A stretch of DNA of 64,000 nucleotides, taken from the NCBI GenBank assembly GCA_028023455.1, contig JAQFVV010000008.1:8494001-8558000 (forward strand), given 5' to 3'. A program made the position numbers and the translations under genes. The notes below the pieces were generated by a model that searched no databases, was not told the DNA's origin, and worked only from the letters and a program-made list of their open reading frames with translations. Position 1 is the stretch's first letter; each line of letters starts with the position of its first letter. Source of the stretch: Epiperipatus broadwayi. Lineage: Eukaryota > Animalia > Onychophora. Of this stretch, positions 1 to 13,399 are shown one piece after another.

Positions 1-2597
1 AAAATTAAAAATTTTATTTACATCTTCACATTTTTAACCTCCTTTAACCAGATAGTTGTGGATAAAAATAATTGCAAGATCTGATTTTATGGTTGAGATG
101 ATACTAGCAAAATGAGAAAATGGAATGGAATTGTATACTTAAATTAGAAAATAAAAAAAATCAAATTATTGAAGTAATAGTCAAATTTGAAAAGAAGAAA
201 ACTTTCTGCAGATATAAGGAATGAACTGAGGAGGTATTGTTTCTTTAATATTATTCAAAAGGGTGGATGGACGACAACAAATTGTTACACATAAAATTAA
301 AAATCAATTAATTTTGAGGTGGGTTAGTTTAATCAATAACTTATTTTGGATTATATACTTTCTGAACACTATAATATACTACAAAATTACAATTCAATTA
401 ATAATATCTGCACCTAAGAATTGAGTTAAATATTGACCAATAAATCACTCCATTATTTGGCAGACAAATATAGTAATGCAAAAACAACATATTAAGGGTT
501 AGTAACAAATTAATTTTTTTCCAATAATGCCACATTTAATATTTAACAATAAAACAAAGTAATATAGCTGGGTAGCACAAAGAAATTATGCTTTTATTAG
601 GAAAATGTATTTCAAATACTAGTCAATAATTATAAAAGTAATGCTAATAAGAAATCATGATTAATTGTGGGCATAAAAGATATGTTAAAAAACTATATAA
701 TTTATCTTCAAAATGCACTATAATTTCAGAATATATTAGTGCTGCATTAAATCCAACTTTTAAAAATAAATCAAGTCTTGCAATATATTCTATTAATATA
801 TTAAAATAAATTAAACTGATGAATTTAACATATGTGATAAAAAAAAGTTTGCAGCATCCAGAAACTATTATTGTTTATGACTTTCATAACTTATAAAATG
901 AAAATGTTAGATTACATTGTCTTTTTCTCCATTTGTCAGCTTCCAAAAAAGCAAGCACTGAATTCATACAATGTGGAAAATAAGCTGTTATCTTATTTTT
1001 AAAATGAAAATGAAACCAGCAAAAATCATCACGTCACTTATATACATTATATATTTTACTTAATATTTAATGATTGTATATAAAGAACAAGAATCATGGT
1101 ATTCATATTGTGGGCTATACAATAAATAACAATAGATGAATGGCAATATAAAGTAAATGGTCCTTATAAAATTAAATACAGTAATTTGGTAAAAAAAAAT
1201 ATTAAAATGAGTAATCAAATGTTTCATTTAAGTTTATGGCATAATAATAAGATTACTTATTTTGGACAGGAAAACTTCTGGCTGTAATTTGTACAATGGC
1301 AATAAAAATATTAAATTCTGGCAAAATGCATTAATAAACCTAAAAGAGTAACTGGAGGAATAAATAATTCTGAGGAGTAATGTGGTATAAATTTTAGTCT
1401 CAGATCTTCTAGGGCTACTATAATATGGGATGTGGAAAAGTTTTCATTTCAAAATAAAATAAATTACTTTTACTTAAATTATGCATTTTTTAAGAAAAAT
1501 AATTTTTAATTGCTAGCTGTAATACAAAGTTATGTACTCAAACACATGTATTTGAACAAATCAAGAGAAGCCTCTATAGTTGACTAGAAGTTTTTTCTTA
1601 TATATATAAAAAAAACTAGTTACATATTCGCTAAGAATAATATATTTTAAATTTATGTATCAAATGTAATTAATGCTAATCTGAATAGAATAATTATGAA
1701 TGCAAAAATAATGAAATAAATAACAACAATTTTAATACATTAATAATTCCATCATTTACAGTTTTATGCTATTACATTCAAATATCAGCCTTTCAAGCTA
1801 ATTGTGCATACGCTTTTGCGAGTGTTAATAATAACAAATGAATACTTTCCTCTCCAATACAAGATATAGTATTTCTGCAGGAATAAAATGAATCCACTTA
1901 TTCCTACGACTCAAATGCTTATATATGAGCAAATCTGAAGTACTGGCAAGGCAAAACCTAATACTAACTATAAGAAAAATTAATTATTATGAATGCAAAT
2001 GAGACTTGGGAATCATATAAGTAGCATTTCTCCAGAATAATCTATCATCTGCTTAGATTTTCAACTACTTAAAATCATAGTCATTATTATAATGATGGAT
2101 TCAATCTGTTACTTCACTTATAAAGTCATCTTTTTTCCCACTACCAATGTATCTGAATATTATATTTTTTCTAATGAATTAAATCATATAAACAAAGTTG
2201 AATAATTTCAATTTTATTATTTGTGCTACAAAAGAAAAGTTTGAATCTAATCTGGTCAAATATTGACTTGTTCATTTTCCTTGCTGATAATGAAATTTTT
2301 AAAAAAAAAATCCAGCACTGTTTCAAAAATATCAACTTTCCCCATCATTTTTGTTTATTATAATAAAAAACACCATAGTTTGGATCATTCTAATCTTTGT
2401 TTTTCTCAGGTTTTTATTATAACTCTGAATAATGTCCGTTTATAATAAATCTTTTGATTACTGCATTATTTACTGTTGATGAATGATCTAAGAAAGCAAA
2501 AACGGTCAAATATTTATGTTTTATTATTGCTGAACCAATCTTTATCTTCTTACTTAGTTCTAATCCTACCTTTCAATAGGCTCTTTTAAGTTTTGTA

Positions 2598-3620
2598 ATC
2601 ATCATCATCAACAACCATTATCAGTCCACTGCAGGATGAAAGTCTCTCCAAGTTCAATCCATCTTCTTTGATCTTTAGCTTTTCTTCTCCACATCACCCC
2701 TGCACACATTTCATCCATCCATCTCACATGCGGTCTCTTTCTGGGTCTTTTAAATCTCTTGGAATCCAGTTAAGATTTCAATTGTCCATCTATTATCATC
2801 TCTTCTAGCAATATGTCCAGCCCAACTCCACTTCAGTCTTTTAATTTTTTCAATGAGGTCAGTAACACCTGTTTGTTCTTTGACCCATATATTGCATTTT
2901 CAATCTCTTCTTGTTACTCCCACCATGCATCTTTCCATACTTCTTTGAGTGGCTTGAAGTCTCTATATTGCCCTTTTATTAAGTATCCAAGTCTCAGATC
3001 CATAAGTAAGAACTGGTAAAACACAATTATTAAAAACCTTCCTTTTCAAACACATAGCCATATTTCCTTTTAGTATCAAGTTATTTCTAGCAAAAGCACT
3101 CCAACCAAGTTTAATTCTGATTAATTTCATCCATTGTGTTTCCATCTGTATTAATAATCTGACCAAGGTATTTGTAGCTATTAACCTATAACTCATCATA
3201 ATTAATCTTTATTTTCATATGTTGAGAAAATCCATTAAACATTACTTTAGTCTTTTTAATATTTATCTTTAGTCCTACTTTCATCTGATAACTCCTGCAA
3301 CATTTCCTGCAGCTCTAAAGCATTATCTGCAAAATCTAAATGACTTAAATAATCTCCATTTACTTTCACTCCTTTAGCTTTCCATTTTAATCCACAAAAT
3401 ACTTTTTGCAGCACTAATGTAAAAAGTTTTGGAGATATGGAATCACCATATCTTACACCCTTCCCAATGTTGACTTTCCTAGTATCATTATGTAATCTAA
3501 TTGTTGCTGTTGCATTTTTATAAATATTCTTTAAAATATGACAATATTCTGGATCTATACCTTGATGATCCAATATTTTAATCACTGAAGAAATGTTTAT
3601 AGAATCAAATGCCTTTTGTA
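2598..3620 (-). mobile_element. RTE-clade LINE, 5'-truncated and degenerate (RT C-terminal half plus 3' end with short GAT-repeat tail)
   Basis: Minus ORFs 3256-3708 (QKAFDSI...GKGVRYGDSISPKLF...HLDFADN) and 2963-3199 (KRKVFNNCVLPVLTYGSETW) match RT motifs. The atcatcatcatca tail is at 2598-2610. Confidence 0.9.
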
Positions 3621-4700
3621 ATAAGAGTCTTGAAAATATTTGGAGCAATATGCAACTTTGACTAATTCTCTTGACAATGTGAAATCTATCTGATTTATTA
3701 TGGCTCACTCATAATTATAGCTTCTAATCCCATATTATTCATAAACACAAAATATTCTACTACATCTATTTTTGTAAGGCAATTCCATAATTTAGCATGC
3801 AGAACCGAATCAAAGATCTTATAATCACTAAAGCATATATAAATTTCATTATGATATTCCTTGATCTTTTCAATTATCCAACATATACCAATAATGGTGT
3901 TTCTAATTAACTGACTGAAACTTTCTATACCAATTTGCACATTTCTGATAGTTCCTTCAATGTAAGCTGCAATATGTGTTGTATGATTTTCACAATAATT
4001 TTAATATAATATGGGTTATATGAAATTGTAGTTTTTACTTTTTGTCAATACTCATTTTTTATGGCACAGGCATGCAAATTGATTTCTTCCAATTTATAGG
4101 CTAGTTATTAGTTTTCTAGATTAATTAGAATAATTTGATTAATACTGTTATTATTTTTTGCATAATTTTTGATGAAATACTATGAATTACAGGTTAATTT
4201 AACCTTATTTTCTATTAGTGAAGCTTCTTCAATGAATATCAAAAATTTGTTTGATGTTATTCTTTGGCATAATGCTTATGAATATTCTTTCCATCTGTTT
4301 GAGCTTTGTTAATTTGGTTATAATTTTGAACTCATGAATCCCTAAAAAAATAAGCTTTTGTTTTTTCAATAGAGAAATTTCCAAGGTATTTGCAAATATT
4401 GTTAGAATACTGCTCTTTGTCTTTTGTCTTTAAATTTTTTTTTAAGGGTTGCCTTTAAGATTTATTTTTTAAATTTTGCTTTGTCTTTTTTCCTTAAAAT
4501 TGCCACTATATCTTTTAGTATCTAATTTAATTTACTGATTGATTCTTTTTAATTATTTCTTTTATTTCCATTCACAATTCATCTGATTCATCATCAATTA
4601 TTATTTCTTTTATTTCCATTTAAAATTCATCTGATTTACCATCAATTGTACTCAAAATGGCAAATATTTAATATCTTTCCTTAAATAATAATTTTTTTTT
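3621..4700 (-). mobile_element. Second RTE/BovB-like LINE RT fragment abutting the first
   Basis: ORF 3698-3940 IEKIKEYHNEIYICFSDYKIFDSVLHAKLWNCL, followed by KRISQSCILL (degenerate GVRQGCILSP). The left boundary is where the second KAFDS motif begins; the right boundary is approximate. Confidence 0.7.
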
Positions 4701-4799
4701 TTGAGATTATATTCAGAATGTTGAACAAACTTATAGTCTCCCCCCCCCCCATTCATTCAAATTTTACATATTAATAATTCATGATTTGCTTCCATAATC

Positions 4800-4913
4800 T
4801 TTTTTTCTTCTCATATGTCATAGCATCGGCCGGGACGCGAACCCACACCTGTCTGCAACCAACTACTTGCTTACAAGGCGGGTGCGATGACCTCTCGGCT
4901 AACAACGCTTGAC
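4800..4913 (-). mobile_element. Short Pol III SINE (A/B box), copy 1
   Basis: Minus strand: A box TAGCCGAGAGG, B-box-like GGTTCGCGTCC, A-rich tail. Homologous to 39883-40000. Confidence 0.8.
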
Positions 4914-6348
4914 ATATTTTTGCAACTAAAATTAAATCTTCCATCACTTGTTTCAAGAACAGAATCAATTTCATTTCTACAAATTTACTATCTGGTAAAA
5001 TTATAATTAGCATTTTGATTACTTAAGATTATATAGCAATAAAGCAAAAAAAAAAATTACAAAATATATATAAAAAAGAGAATATAATTAATTTTGAGAA
5101 AGATAAAAATTATTACAATAAAAAACAATGACTTTTTTTTGAAACAATTTATAAATGACTAAATCTGTTTAAAGTAAGTGCTAAGAAATAATATAACAAC
5201 AACAAAAACTATCTTATTTAGAAGTGAAAAAATATTTACTAATATATTTTTTTTAAGGTTGAATATCGTAAAAGAAAAAAAATCACAGTCAAATAGTGCA
5301 TACACACAAAATTAATAAAAACGTACTAAGATCAACAGAATAAATCTTTCAGAAACACAAATCTTATATGGCAAAATAGAAATAAAATAATAAAAGTTCA
5401 GGATATTTACCAAAAGATTGTTTGTAGATAATGCCAGTAATAAATTGATATTGCACAAACTCAAGAAAAATAAATAATAGACATCTAAGTGTTCTGTATA
5501 AAATATGTAAACAATATTCAAAAGAAAGTGGAATTTAAGTTTTTACACTGGAAAGAATTTTAGAGATCAGAGAAATCATTTTAAGCCCAATTTTTTGAAA
5601 TTAAATATAAACCTTATGCTAAAAAGATCAATGAAAACAGTAACAAGCAAGAATTAGTAAATTAAAAAAGCTTTGAAGAATCTTAAGAATGATATATTAG
5701 ATCTGAAATAGTTTTAAGTTATTTTAAAATAAGAGTGAATTTTAGAAGAACAATCATTAATAATAATAAAAAAAAAGTAAACAGTTTTTCAGCTGAATAG
5801 GATAATATTAAATATTGATGCTTAAAAGACATTGGAACATATTATTAGATGAAAAAGAAGATTTATGTGGAAAAAAAAAAAGAGACAAATTTAAAATGTT
5901 ATATAAATTTCCTTCTATTCCAGAATATGAGAATTTAAAAGAAACTAGTTATCAATGATACAGAATCTGTTTGAAGGAAGTTAGCTTAAACAAAAAAAAC
6001 TACTAGAATTTTCTCAAATTTATCAATAAATGAATTTCAGGAATTACACAGATCAGACAATCATGAGAAGAATAATTTTCATGAAAATCTAAGCTCTCTA
6101 TCATTTAAAAGCTATGACTCTTTAAGATTAAAAAAGGGTAGTTAATTAATTACTTAATTTCATATTTTTTATATTGAAGTCATATATGAGAAAATTGGCT
6201 AACATAGGACTATATTCATGAGCACAAATTTTCAAAATAAATGTGAGAATTCCATCAAAGAGAAATATTGTGTAACAGTAGCTGGGTTCGAATATGGATA
6301 TTAAAGGAAGTAAAAGGCAATAATGAGTACAAGAGTGTTTATTGTGAT

Positions 6349-7993
6349 TGTTATTACGGATTGAATTAATAGATGCGAGAAAATTTATAGATATACATTC
6401 AAACCCTGTTACAAAAGAGTGTGAGTGAAATACATTAACTATTTAAAGGCATGAATGTATACATATATATTTATTACACATGTTGTTGTGATGTTGCGTA
6501 GAATTAATTACTAACAGATTTGTATGTGAAAATGAAGAGAAGCGGTTATGTGCGGAGTTGTATTTTTATATTTTTGTTTTATATATTTTTATTGTTTATT
6601 AATATCATAAGTTATAGTTATTGAAATAATGTCATTTGTAGTGCATAATTCTTAATAAAAGCAAATTAAAAATAAAGCTGGAGAGAGTAATAAAAGGAAT
6701 TGCAAGTTGTGCCAAGAGCGATTTCTGTTAATGACACTTGCCATCGGAATTCCAAATATTGGCCAATTTAGTATTTTGGAACAATGGAAGCTAAAAGCAT
6801 TCCTGAGATATGTTCATCGGCGTATGGACAGATAAAAAAAAAAATGAGGTGAAAGAGAGTTAAAAGAAAATAAATATATATATATTTTTGATTTAGAAGT
6901 GATTCGGAAAAGTAACCGTTAGAGAGAAAAAAGCGTGAAAAGTAAATTTTCATAAACTGATTTGATTAATTAGTAAAATTAAAAAGAATTGGACTCCATC
7001 AAAATGCTGGAGTAGAAGAATCATGTGGATTCGTTAAACCGGTTCAGTGGACAGCTATTTTGTGACCTGCCTGAACTTTATCTATGGAGGAACTCCAAAC
7101 AGCAAGAACTTTCGTTCAATCAATTTTAGAATCATCTACCTAACCTCTAGGATGGATTATCTTATGTGAAAATGTTATGGAATCTTTCATTATCTTCCAG
7201 ACCAACGATTCTCGCTAATCGCCATTGTAATACTGTAAGCTTACAGATCATCAGCCTTAAACATGCGAACGTTCATTCTCAAATGAGGTAACTTTGACTT
7301 TCTCCCTATACATTAAGTGAACATATAATAATAAATTAAGAAATATGCAGTTTGTCCCAACTTAAAGAAAGTAATTATAAAAATAGATTCCATTATTTAA
7401 TAAATACAACTCTGATGCATAATTGCACTCTTTCGTGAGTGTGTATACTGATATTATATATATGTATCGGAATGACTGGGTAGTATGATTGAGTTATTAG
7501 TATATACGTGTATTAATAAATATTAGAATTTTAAGCTATAACTAGTGTATTTATTTGAATTATGAGATTCTTATAATTTCAGAGTTATTATTTATAAAAG
7601 CTTACTGATATTCATTACCATATATCTCTAAAAGAAATAAAATAAGATTCGTAAGGCAGATAAAAAAATTATAAAAATATATAAATGACATTTCTTTGTA
7701 AGATAACCTCGGCTTTGTTCTCCCGATAGACATTGTCTCCCAGACCTTGAGACTGAGCTAGTCTGGATAAGGTACCCAAAAAATTTCCACTGGAACCTTT
7801 TCTTTTGTTTTCGAAGGGTATAATTCTTACTAATTGGTAAGATTGGCGCTTGAGATAGAACTTGGTCCATGCTCATAAATATACCTACTCGAAGCTCGGG
7901 TAATAACCTGTTCTCACTCAAATTCTTAGAATAGGATCACGGTTAGACTGTTAAAATTGAAACAGTGGGAAATGGTAAAAAGTTATTATGACA
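6349..7993. mobile_element. Probable LTR-derived or unclassified young insertion
   Basis: CpG-retaining block with TG...CA candidate ends (tgttatta at 6349, or tgtcat at 6630; ttatgaca ending at 7993), CCAAT-like motifs and an AATAAA-type U-rich segment. No exact TSD found. Confidence 0.3.
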
Positions 7994-7999
7994 TAAATA

Positions 8000-9100
8000 A
8001 ACAAAATAATATAACTATTTCAGATTTTTAAAAAAATCATTTTCTTAAAAAAACATTGTAGTAGTTCAGTAAATCATTGGAAAATGATAGTACAATTGAT
8101 TGCTATAACTAGAGATTAAAAAGAAATCCACTATCAGAGTATTTAACAAATTTTCCATTGAATTAATTAATAGTTTAAGATACTCAGCAAAAGATAATAA
8201 TGTGGAAAAAAGCTCATTTAATAAAAATTGAAACACTGTTTATTAAACAAAAGTTCAGAATTATAAAAAGAATAGAATCCTTCCATATTTATCAATGTAG
8301 AAATTTCATATTCAGAAGAATTTGTGTAATCAAAGTAGTAATAATAATCAATTTATGGAAAAGACTAGAAATCTTAAAAAATTTCCCAAATTTTAAATAT
8401 TGCTTTGAGGTAGTACTGCCAGGAACTTGAAAAAAAAGAAGAAAGTTTTAATAAGAGAATAGAAGAGATATAGCTGCAGAATAGATTCAGAATTCTGGTA
8501 ACAAAATTAAGATTATCAAAAGGGAAAAATGTATCAAGGATGTGTAAAAAATAGAAAGCAACTAAATTGATTTATGTAAAACAACAAAAGAACTAACATG
8601 TGTGCTACTATAAGAGTTGAATGTATTTGAAATATTTAAATAAAGTTAAATTTTTTCTAAAGATATTCAATACTTACATTAGCTGAGAGAAATAGTCCAA
8701 TATATATAAATACAACTAAAATACCATCAACACAAACATTCAGGAAAACAAAGATCTCGGTCTCTTTTCCAGCAATATTAGTATAATTAGAATATTGTGA
8801 GACAAGTGTTACAATAAGCATTAAATATAATTTTAAAAAATGGATGGGATATTTAAAATGGATAAATCAAATGTTTAAAGACTAAATAATAGTGATTTTA
8901 GAAAAGTGATTATAGACACCAGATAACAATGAAAAATATAGAAGTCTTTAACCACGACTATATTATAAAAATTATGATTCAAGATTAGAAACCAACAAAC
9001 ATAAATCAGATTAGATGTGCAAAAGTACATTTTTATAGTGAAAGAATTTAGGAAAAAAGATATCAGTAATGAAAATGAAATCTGTATTTTAGAGAAAAAA
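8000..9100 (+). mobile_element. Heavily decayed LINE (RTE-like) remnant
   Basis: A-rich coding-like strand bias with only faint RT-like stretches; boundaries approximate. Confidence 0.35.
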
Positions 9101-9237
9101 ATACGGGTAGGAGGGAAATGATAAAAATAATGCAGTAAAGTTGTATATAATTCCCAATGGAAAAAAGCTCACTGACACTACAGAAATAGATTGAGGCACT
9201 ATAAAAAATTGAAACAAATTAATAGCTGCTGTAAAAT

Positions 9238-9471
9238 TAAAATAGGCAAAACCCTCCATATAGTTGTGCCACTCACAACAGCAAGCCAGAGTAATCAATG
9301 GATGCCAGAAGGCTTGTGCATAAAATCCCTATCTAGTGCCTACTCATCCAATAATTCCAGACTAGTTTCTAGCTTGTGGCTTTCGTCAGTGAGGAGCCTT
9401 GGATCTGAGAGCACTATTGTATGTTTTAATAACAGTCATGAGCAAACATAAGAAATGGTGATCATGTGATG
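9238..9471 (-). mobile_element. Hammerhead-bearing non-autonomous element, family B (retrozyme-like), dispersed copy
   Basis: ~180 bp homologous to 42615-42790, including the hammerhead, plus a ~45 bp tail homologous to 43046-43094. Confidence 0.75.
9355..9394 (-). ncRNA. Minimal type-I hammerhead ribozyme (stem I partly decayed)
   Basis: Minus: CCTCA CTGACGA A-AGC-CACAA-GCT-A GAAAC TA GTC TGGAA. Intact core and palindromic stem III (ACTAGT). Confidence 0.7.
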
Positions 9472-9479
9472 CCATAAAA

Positions 9480-10870
9480 GTATTCTTATTGTTGTAAACT
9501 GCCTTGATAATTAAAATATTTTCTTTTAAAATCCACTATAAATAGCAGTAATTCCCTCAATTTGTTAATTTTCACTGGAAGTGATACTTTTTCACAAATG
9601 TGAATTTTGTTTCCATTCTCATCTGTGGCCAGTATGATTCTCTTCTGGTGTCACTGCCAACTTCCATATTAGAAGTATATACTCTTATTCTTCTCCTTTA
9701 CTTTCTTTGCATTTCTTCATATATTCATATATATTGCTTATAATAACTTCTTTTATATACACTTTAATGCAAACTTTTTTTAATAAAACTTTTTTATTTT
9801 CTTGACAATTTTGACTGTCCAACAGTCTTCATCAGAACTTTCTCAAACTTCCTCTGCTTTTCAAACAAAAAAAAAGTTTTATTAATTTTTTTTTGCATTA
9901 AAGTGTATATGAAAGAGTTTATTATAAGCAATATATATATGAATAATTTCCATATTCACTTTATTATTACAAATAGTAACTTCAAGTGCAATTCGTCCTT
10001 TATTTGAATCATTTAGCATCTTCTACATTTTTACTAGCTCCACCTCCCCCTAATTTAAAGTTCAGGCATGGTTTGGCTTTTACATTAATATCCTTGTTCT
10101 TGCAAACTCGAGCAAAATGGCCCATAATATCACAAATCCAGCATTTCTTCACTTTAAATTTGCACATTTTTGTGTGCCTTTTAGCACTATAACAACACAT
10201 TAGTTCATTCTTTGAGAGTTTTGCAGGTTCTTTAACCATTTTAGCTGTGTTAATGCTTGTCAAATTATTCCAATTGTTCACCACTGTTTGTAATTCCAAC
10301 ACTATTTCAAGCGCTATGCATTTTGCAATCACTGACCTATATGTTAAATCCATCTCACTTAATAAAGTCTTTCAAAGATAGTGGTCTAACATCTTGCATA
10401 GCAATTAATCCAAAAGTATATCCTCTAAGTTAGCCAATGTCCTCAGTGCTAAGTTACAAATTTGATAATGTTCACAAGATAATTACCTTTTCATCTCGGA
10501 AATAAAAACGAGCCATTCTTTTTGTTACTGTAGGCTGGAAATAGATACTGAGATTTTCTACTAATTCTTTATATGGTATGTCCCTGGGATCTTTGGGTTG
10601 CACAGTTGTATCACTATTTACAAAGCATCCCTGCCAACAAAGAACAATGTGGAAACTTTAACCACATCATTTTCTACGATGTACTCGTATACATTCCATA
10701 ATGTCGGATTTGTTAATATCAAACTCTTGAAGATTTTGCACTGGGACTGCCATCCTTATATTTGATAAATATCATGTCTTAGCTTTTATTAACTCTTGGA
10801 TAACTGTTCCATTCTATGTCTGCACACGTTTTTCATAAACTGTCAACTGCATCATCTGCTGTGTACAAGT
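9480..10870 (-). mobile_element. Gypsy-type LTR retrotransposon remnant (gag with CCHC knuckle; integrase Zn-domain fragment)
   Basis: ORF 10009-10353 CWICDIMGHFARVC zinc knuckle. Upstream PKDPRDIPYKELVEKISVYFQP is typical of gag. YWPQMR-like stretch at ~9630. Confidence 0.8.
9722..9945. repeat. Mini fold-back element: ~75 bp inverted arms enclosing a degenerate hammerhead
   Basis: Arms at 9722-9795 and 9868-9945. Minus-strand centre CTGATGA A GACTG-TTGGA-CAGTC AAAATTGTC at 9801-9835. Confidence 0.7.
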
Positions 10871-12455
10871 GGATATACAAAAGTAACCAGAATTTTATAA
10901 TAAAATTTTTTAAATTTATATTTAAGTATTATATAATAATTTTAAAGGTATTGTCCATTTAATAGACCAATCTAAATGTGTTTTTCACTTTTCGAAATAG
11001 TCTGGAAACATAAAGTGAAGTGTTTTAACACTTGTATGTTTTTTTTCTCCACCATGTCTAAGTCTGTAAAAAAAATTTTTTGAGGCATTTTTTCATTTGA
11101 GAGAATAAAAAAAAAACACATGGTTAAAAATTGCGCAAATATGACAGATAGATAAGCTGGGTTATGCTGAATTTAATTAAAAATTGTTTCATTACATAGA
11201 AGCATTGATGTGAAGTTAGCACTCCTCACTTTATTACAAAATGGGACATTTATATTTTACTGCATCACACAAACATCTCAGAATTTGTAGATAAAACATC
11301 TGACCATTACATACTAATTCTGAGAGAAAAATGCTGTTTGTGTTAAAAAAAAAATATCAGCATTTGTTTTGACATCGGACTTCACTTGATATGCTTTTTT
11401 TTAGGACATGGTAATTTGACATTTTCATTAAACTATATGTAAACATGTGTTTCCCAGAAGAGTTTTTTTGTAATCTCGTTCAAGAGTTACACCTGTTTTC
11501 TTTGCAGTATTCCCTAAAAGAAAACTGAATTTCACATTATTCCAACTTTTCAGCCTTTACAAAAATCAACAAATATGTCAAATGCAATTTACAAAAAAAT
11601 GTACTACGTGGCATTACAATTTCATACTCTAATGTTATTTGGCAGATTGATACAGAAAGGCCCCTGCAACTACAATATAGTAGCAGAAGCATGTACAATA
11701 ACAGGCACATTTAGTATCCCCTTTTACATGGGGGATCCTAGCCATGTCAATGACAATAAAATAAATCACCCAAGACATTTTTATATATTTCAGCAAGTTT
11801 ATTTCTCTATGCTGAACCCTATTAATAACAAATATAATAAATAATAATTACAGCAACAAGAATTATCCCTCAATTTTGGGACAGATATTTAAATAAATTA
11901 TGTGTGGAAATATTTTAACACACTGCGAATATATATATATAGTTCATTACTTTAGAGTTGCTTTAACTCATATTTTAAAGTCTATACATGAGTATCCTTA
12001 ACTCTTCGTTATTCACCATTAACATAAAATACTGCTTTAACTTTAGCACTGTTATCTTTTTGAGAAATGCATTATCATGATAAGTTTGATAGTTCTCTAC
12101 AACTTGCTAGTTATGTGATTGTTTTCAATTTACATACTGCTAGTTCTCTCTGTTCAGATCACATAATAAACTTTATTTACGTAGTTAGAAATACATGTAC
12201 AGGCGTAAACATCTTGTACTTGATTTTAATTTTTTGGATAGAATATAATCATTCTCAGAAATCAGACTATTTAATATAAATAAGTTTTTGATGAATTTGT
12301 ATTTGCATCATGAGACCCCCCCCCCCATCTTCACAATTTTAAATATAGCTTTCATTTTAATTGATCAATGGCTATTTATTATAGTAAGGCAGCATCAAAT
12401 AATTATATTATATTTTCAAATGGTCTTAGATAATTTCTAATTTAGGCTGTAAATA

Positions 12456-12520
12456 CAGTGAACCCGCAAACTATGCTATAGTTTGTTCCAAGACCCACTC
12501 CCATATATAAACATATATAG
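12456..12520 (+). mobile_element. Tc1/pogo (Tigger-like) terminal fragment
   Basis: TA followed by CAGTGAACCCGC...GTTCCAAGACCC, as in Tigger-type ends (from memory). The partner end was not found. Confidence 0.4.
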
Positions 12521-13399
12521 TATACAATAGCTCATGTATTGTTGATAAGACATGATTATAATGCAATCAATATTATTTATTGTATAATACAGTACTTTTC
12601 AACATACATAGTATGCAAATACAAATTAAGATTATAAAATAAATAAAAAAATTTAAAAATAACATTATTAATAATAAAACGAGAAAGCACATTAACATAT
12701 ATATTTATAGTGCAGTGTGTGTGTTAAATCATTCACAATTCTGTTTCATCACACTAAATATTTTTTTCTATAATAATTTTTTAAAATTTTAATGAAAATG
12801 TAACAGCAGCTTCACTTAAACCCAAACACAAGATAGAGGACTTTATAAAGATAAGAGTGGCCATCAATCCTTTCTCTGTAATTTCTTATGATCCATAGGC
12901 TTAATAAATAAATTTGAATGCTACATCCATTATATTACAATACATTTTACTAAAGATATGCTAATATATAAAACTATATATAAAACTCTTTTAAGCAAAA
13001 AAATAAAATAAAACAACTGCCAAGAAAATTTTTTATATATGTGCTAACAAATTCTATATATATCATAAAAAACAAAAATTATTTTAAAAAAATTCATGTT
13101 AGAGATTTGAGAATGTTAATATTTTGTGAGAGAAACAATGGCTACCACTAAAAACAAATTTGTAAAATGTAATAACTTTACAAAATTCAATGGCTTTTTT
13201 TTGTTGTTGTTTGTTTACATTTTTTATTTATATATTTTTTAGTTAGCATGTAACTGAAGTCATGTAATTTGATGCAGCATAGTTCACAGCTCCATTGTAT
13301 AGTATTTCTTTTAAAATACAAATATATTGTATCTATAAAAAATGTTTTATGATAATTGTACACAAACACTAAATATCATATTTTAAAATTACTTACATA

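Noticed and set aside
4800-4913. Functional tRNA gene
   Set aside because: No well-formed anticodon stem, the two copies differ at the putative anticodon, and copy 2 has a poly(A) tail and TSD.
7200-7262. Hammerhead at minus-strand CTGATGA + CTGTAAGCTTACAG hairpin
   Set aside because: No GAAA follows the stem and no stem I or III can be built.
10945-11130. Kolobok-type element starting TTAA-AGG
   Set aside because: No matching CCT-TTAA end or TIR was found.
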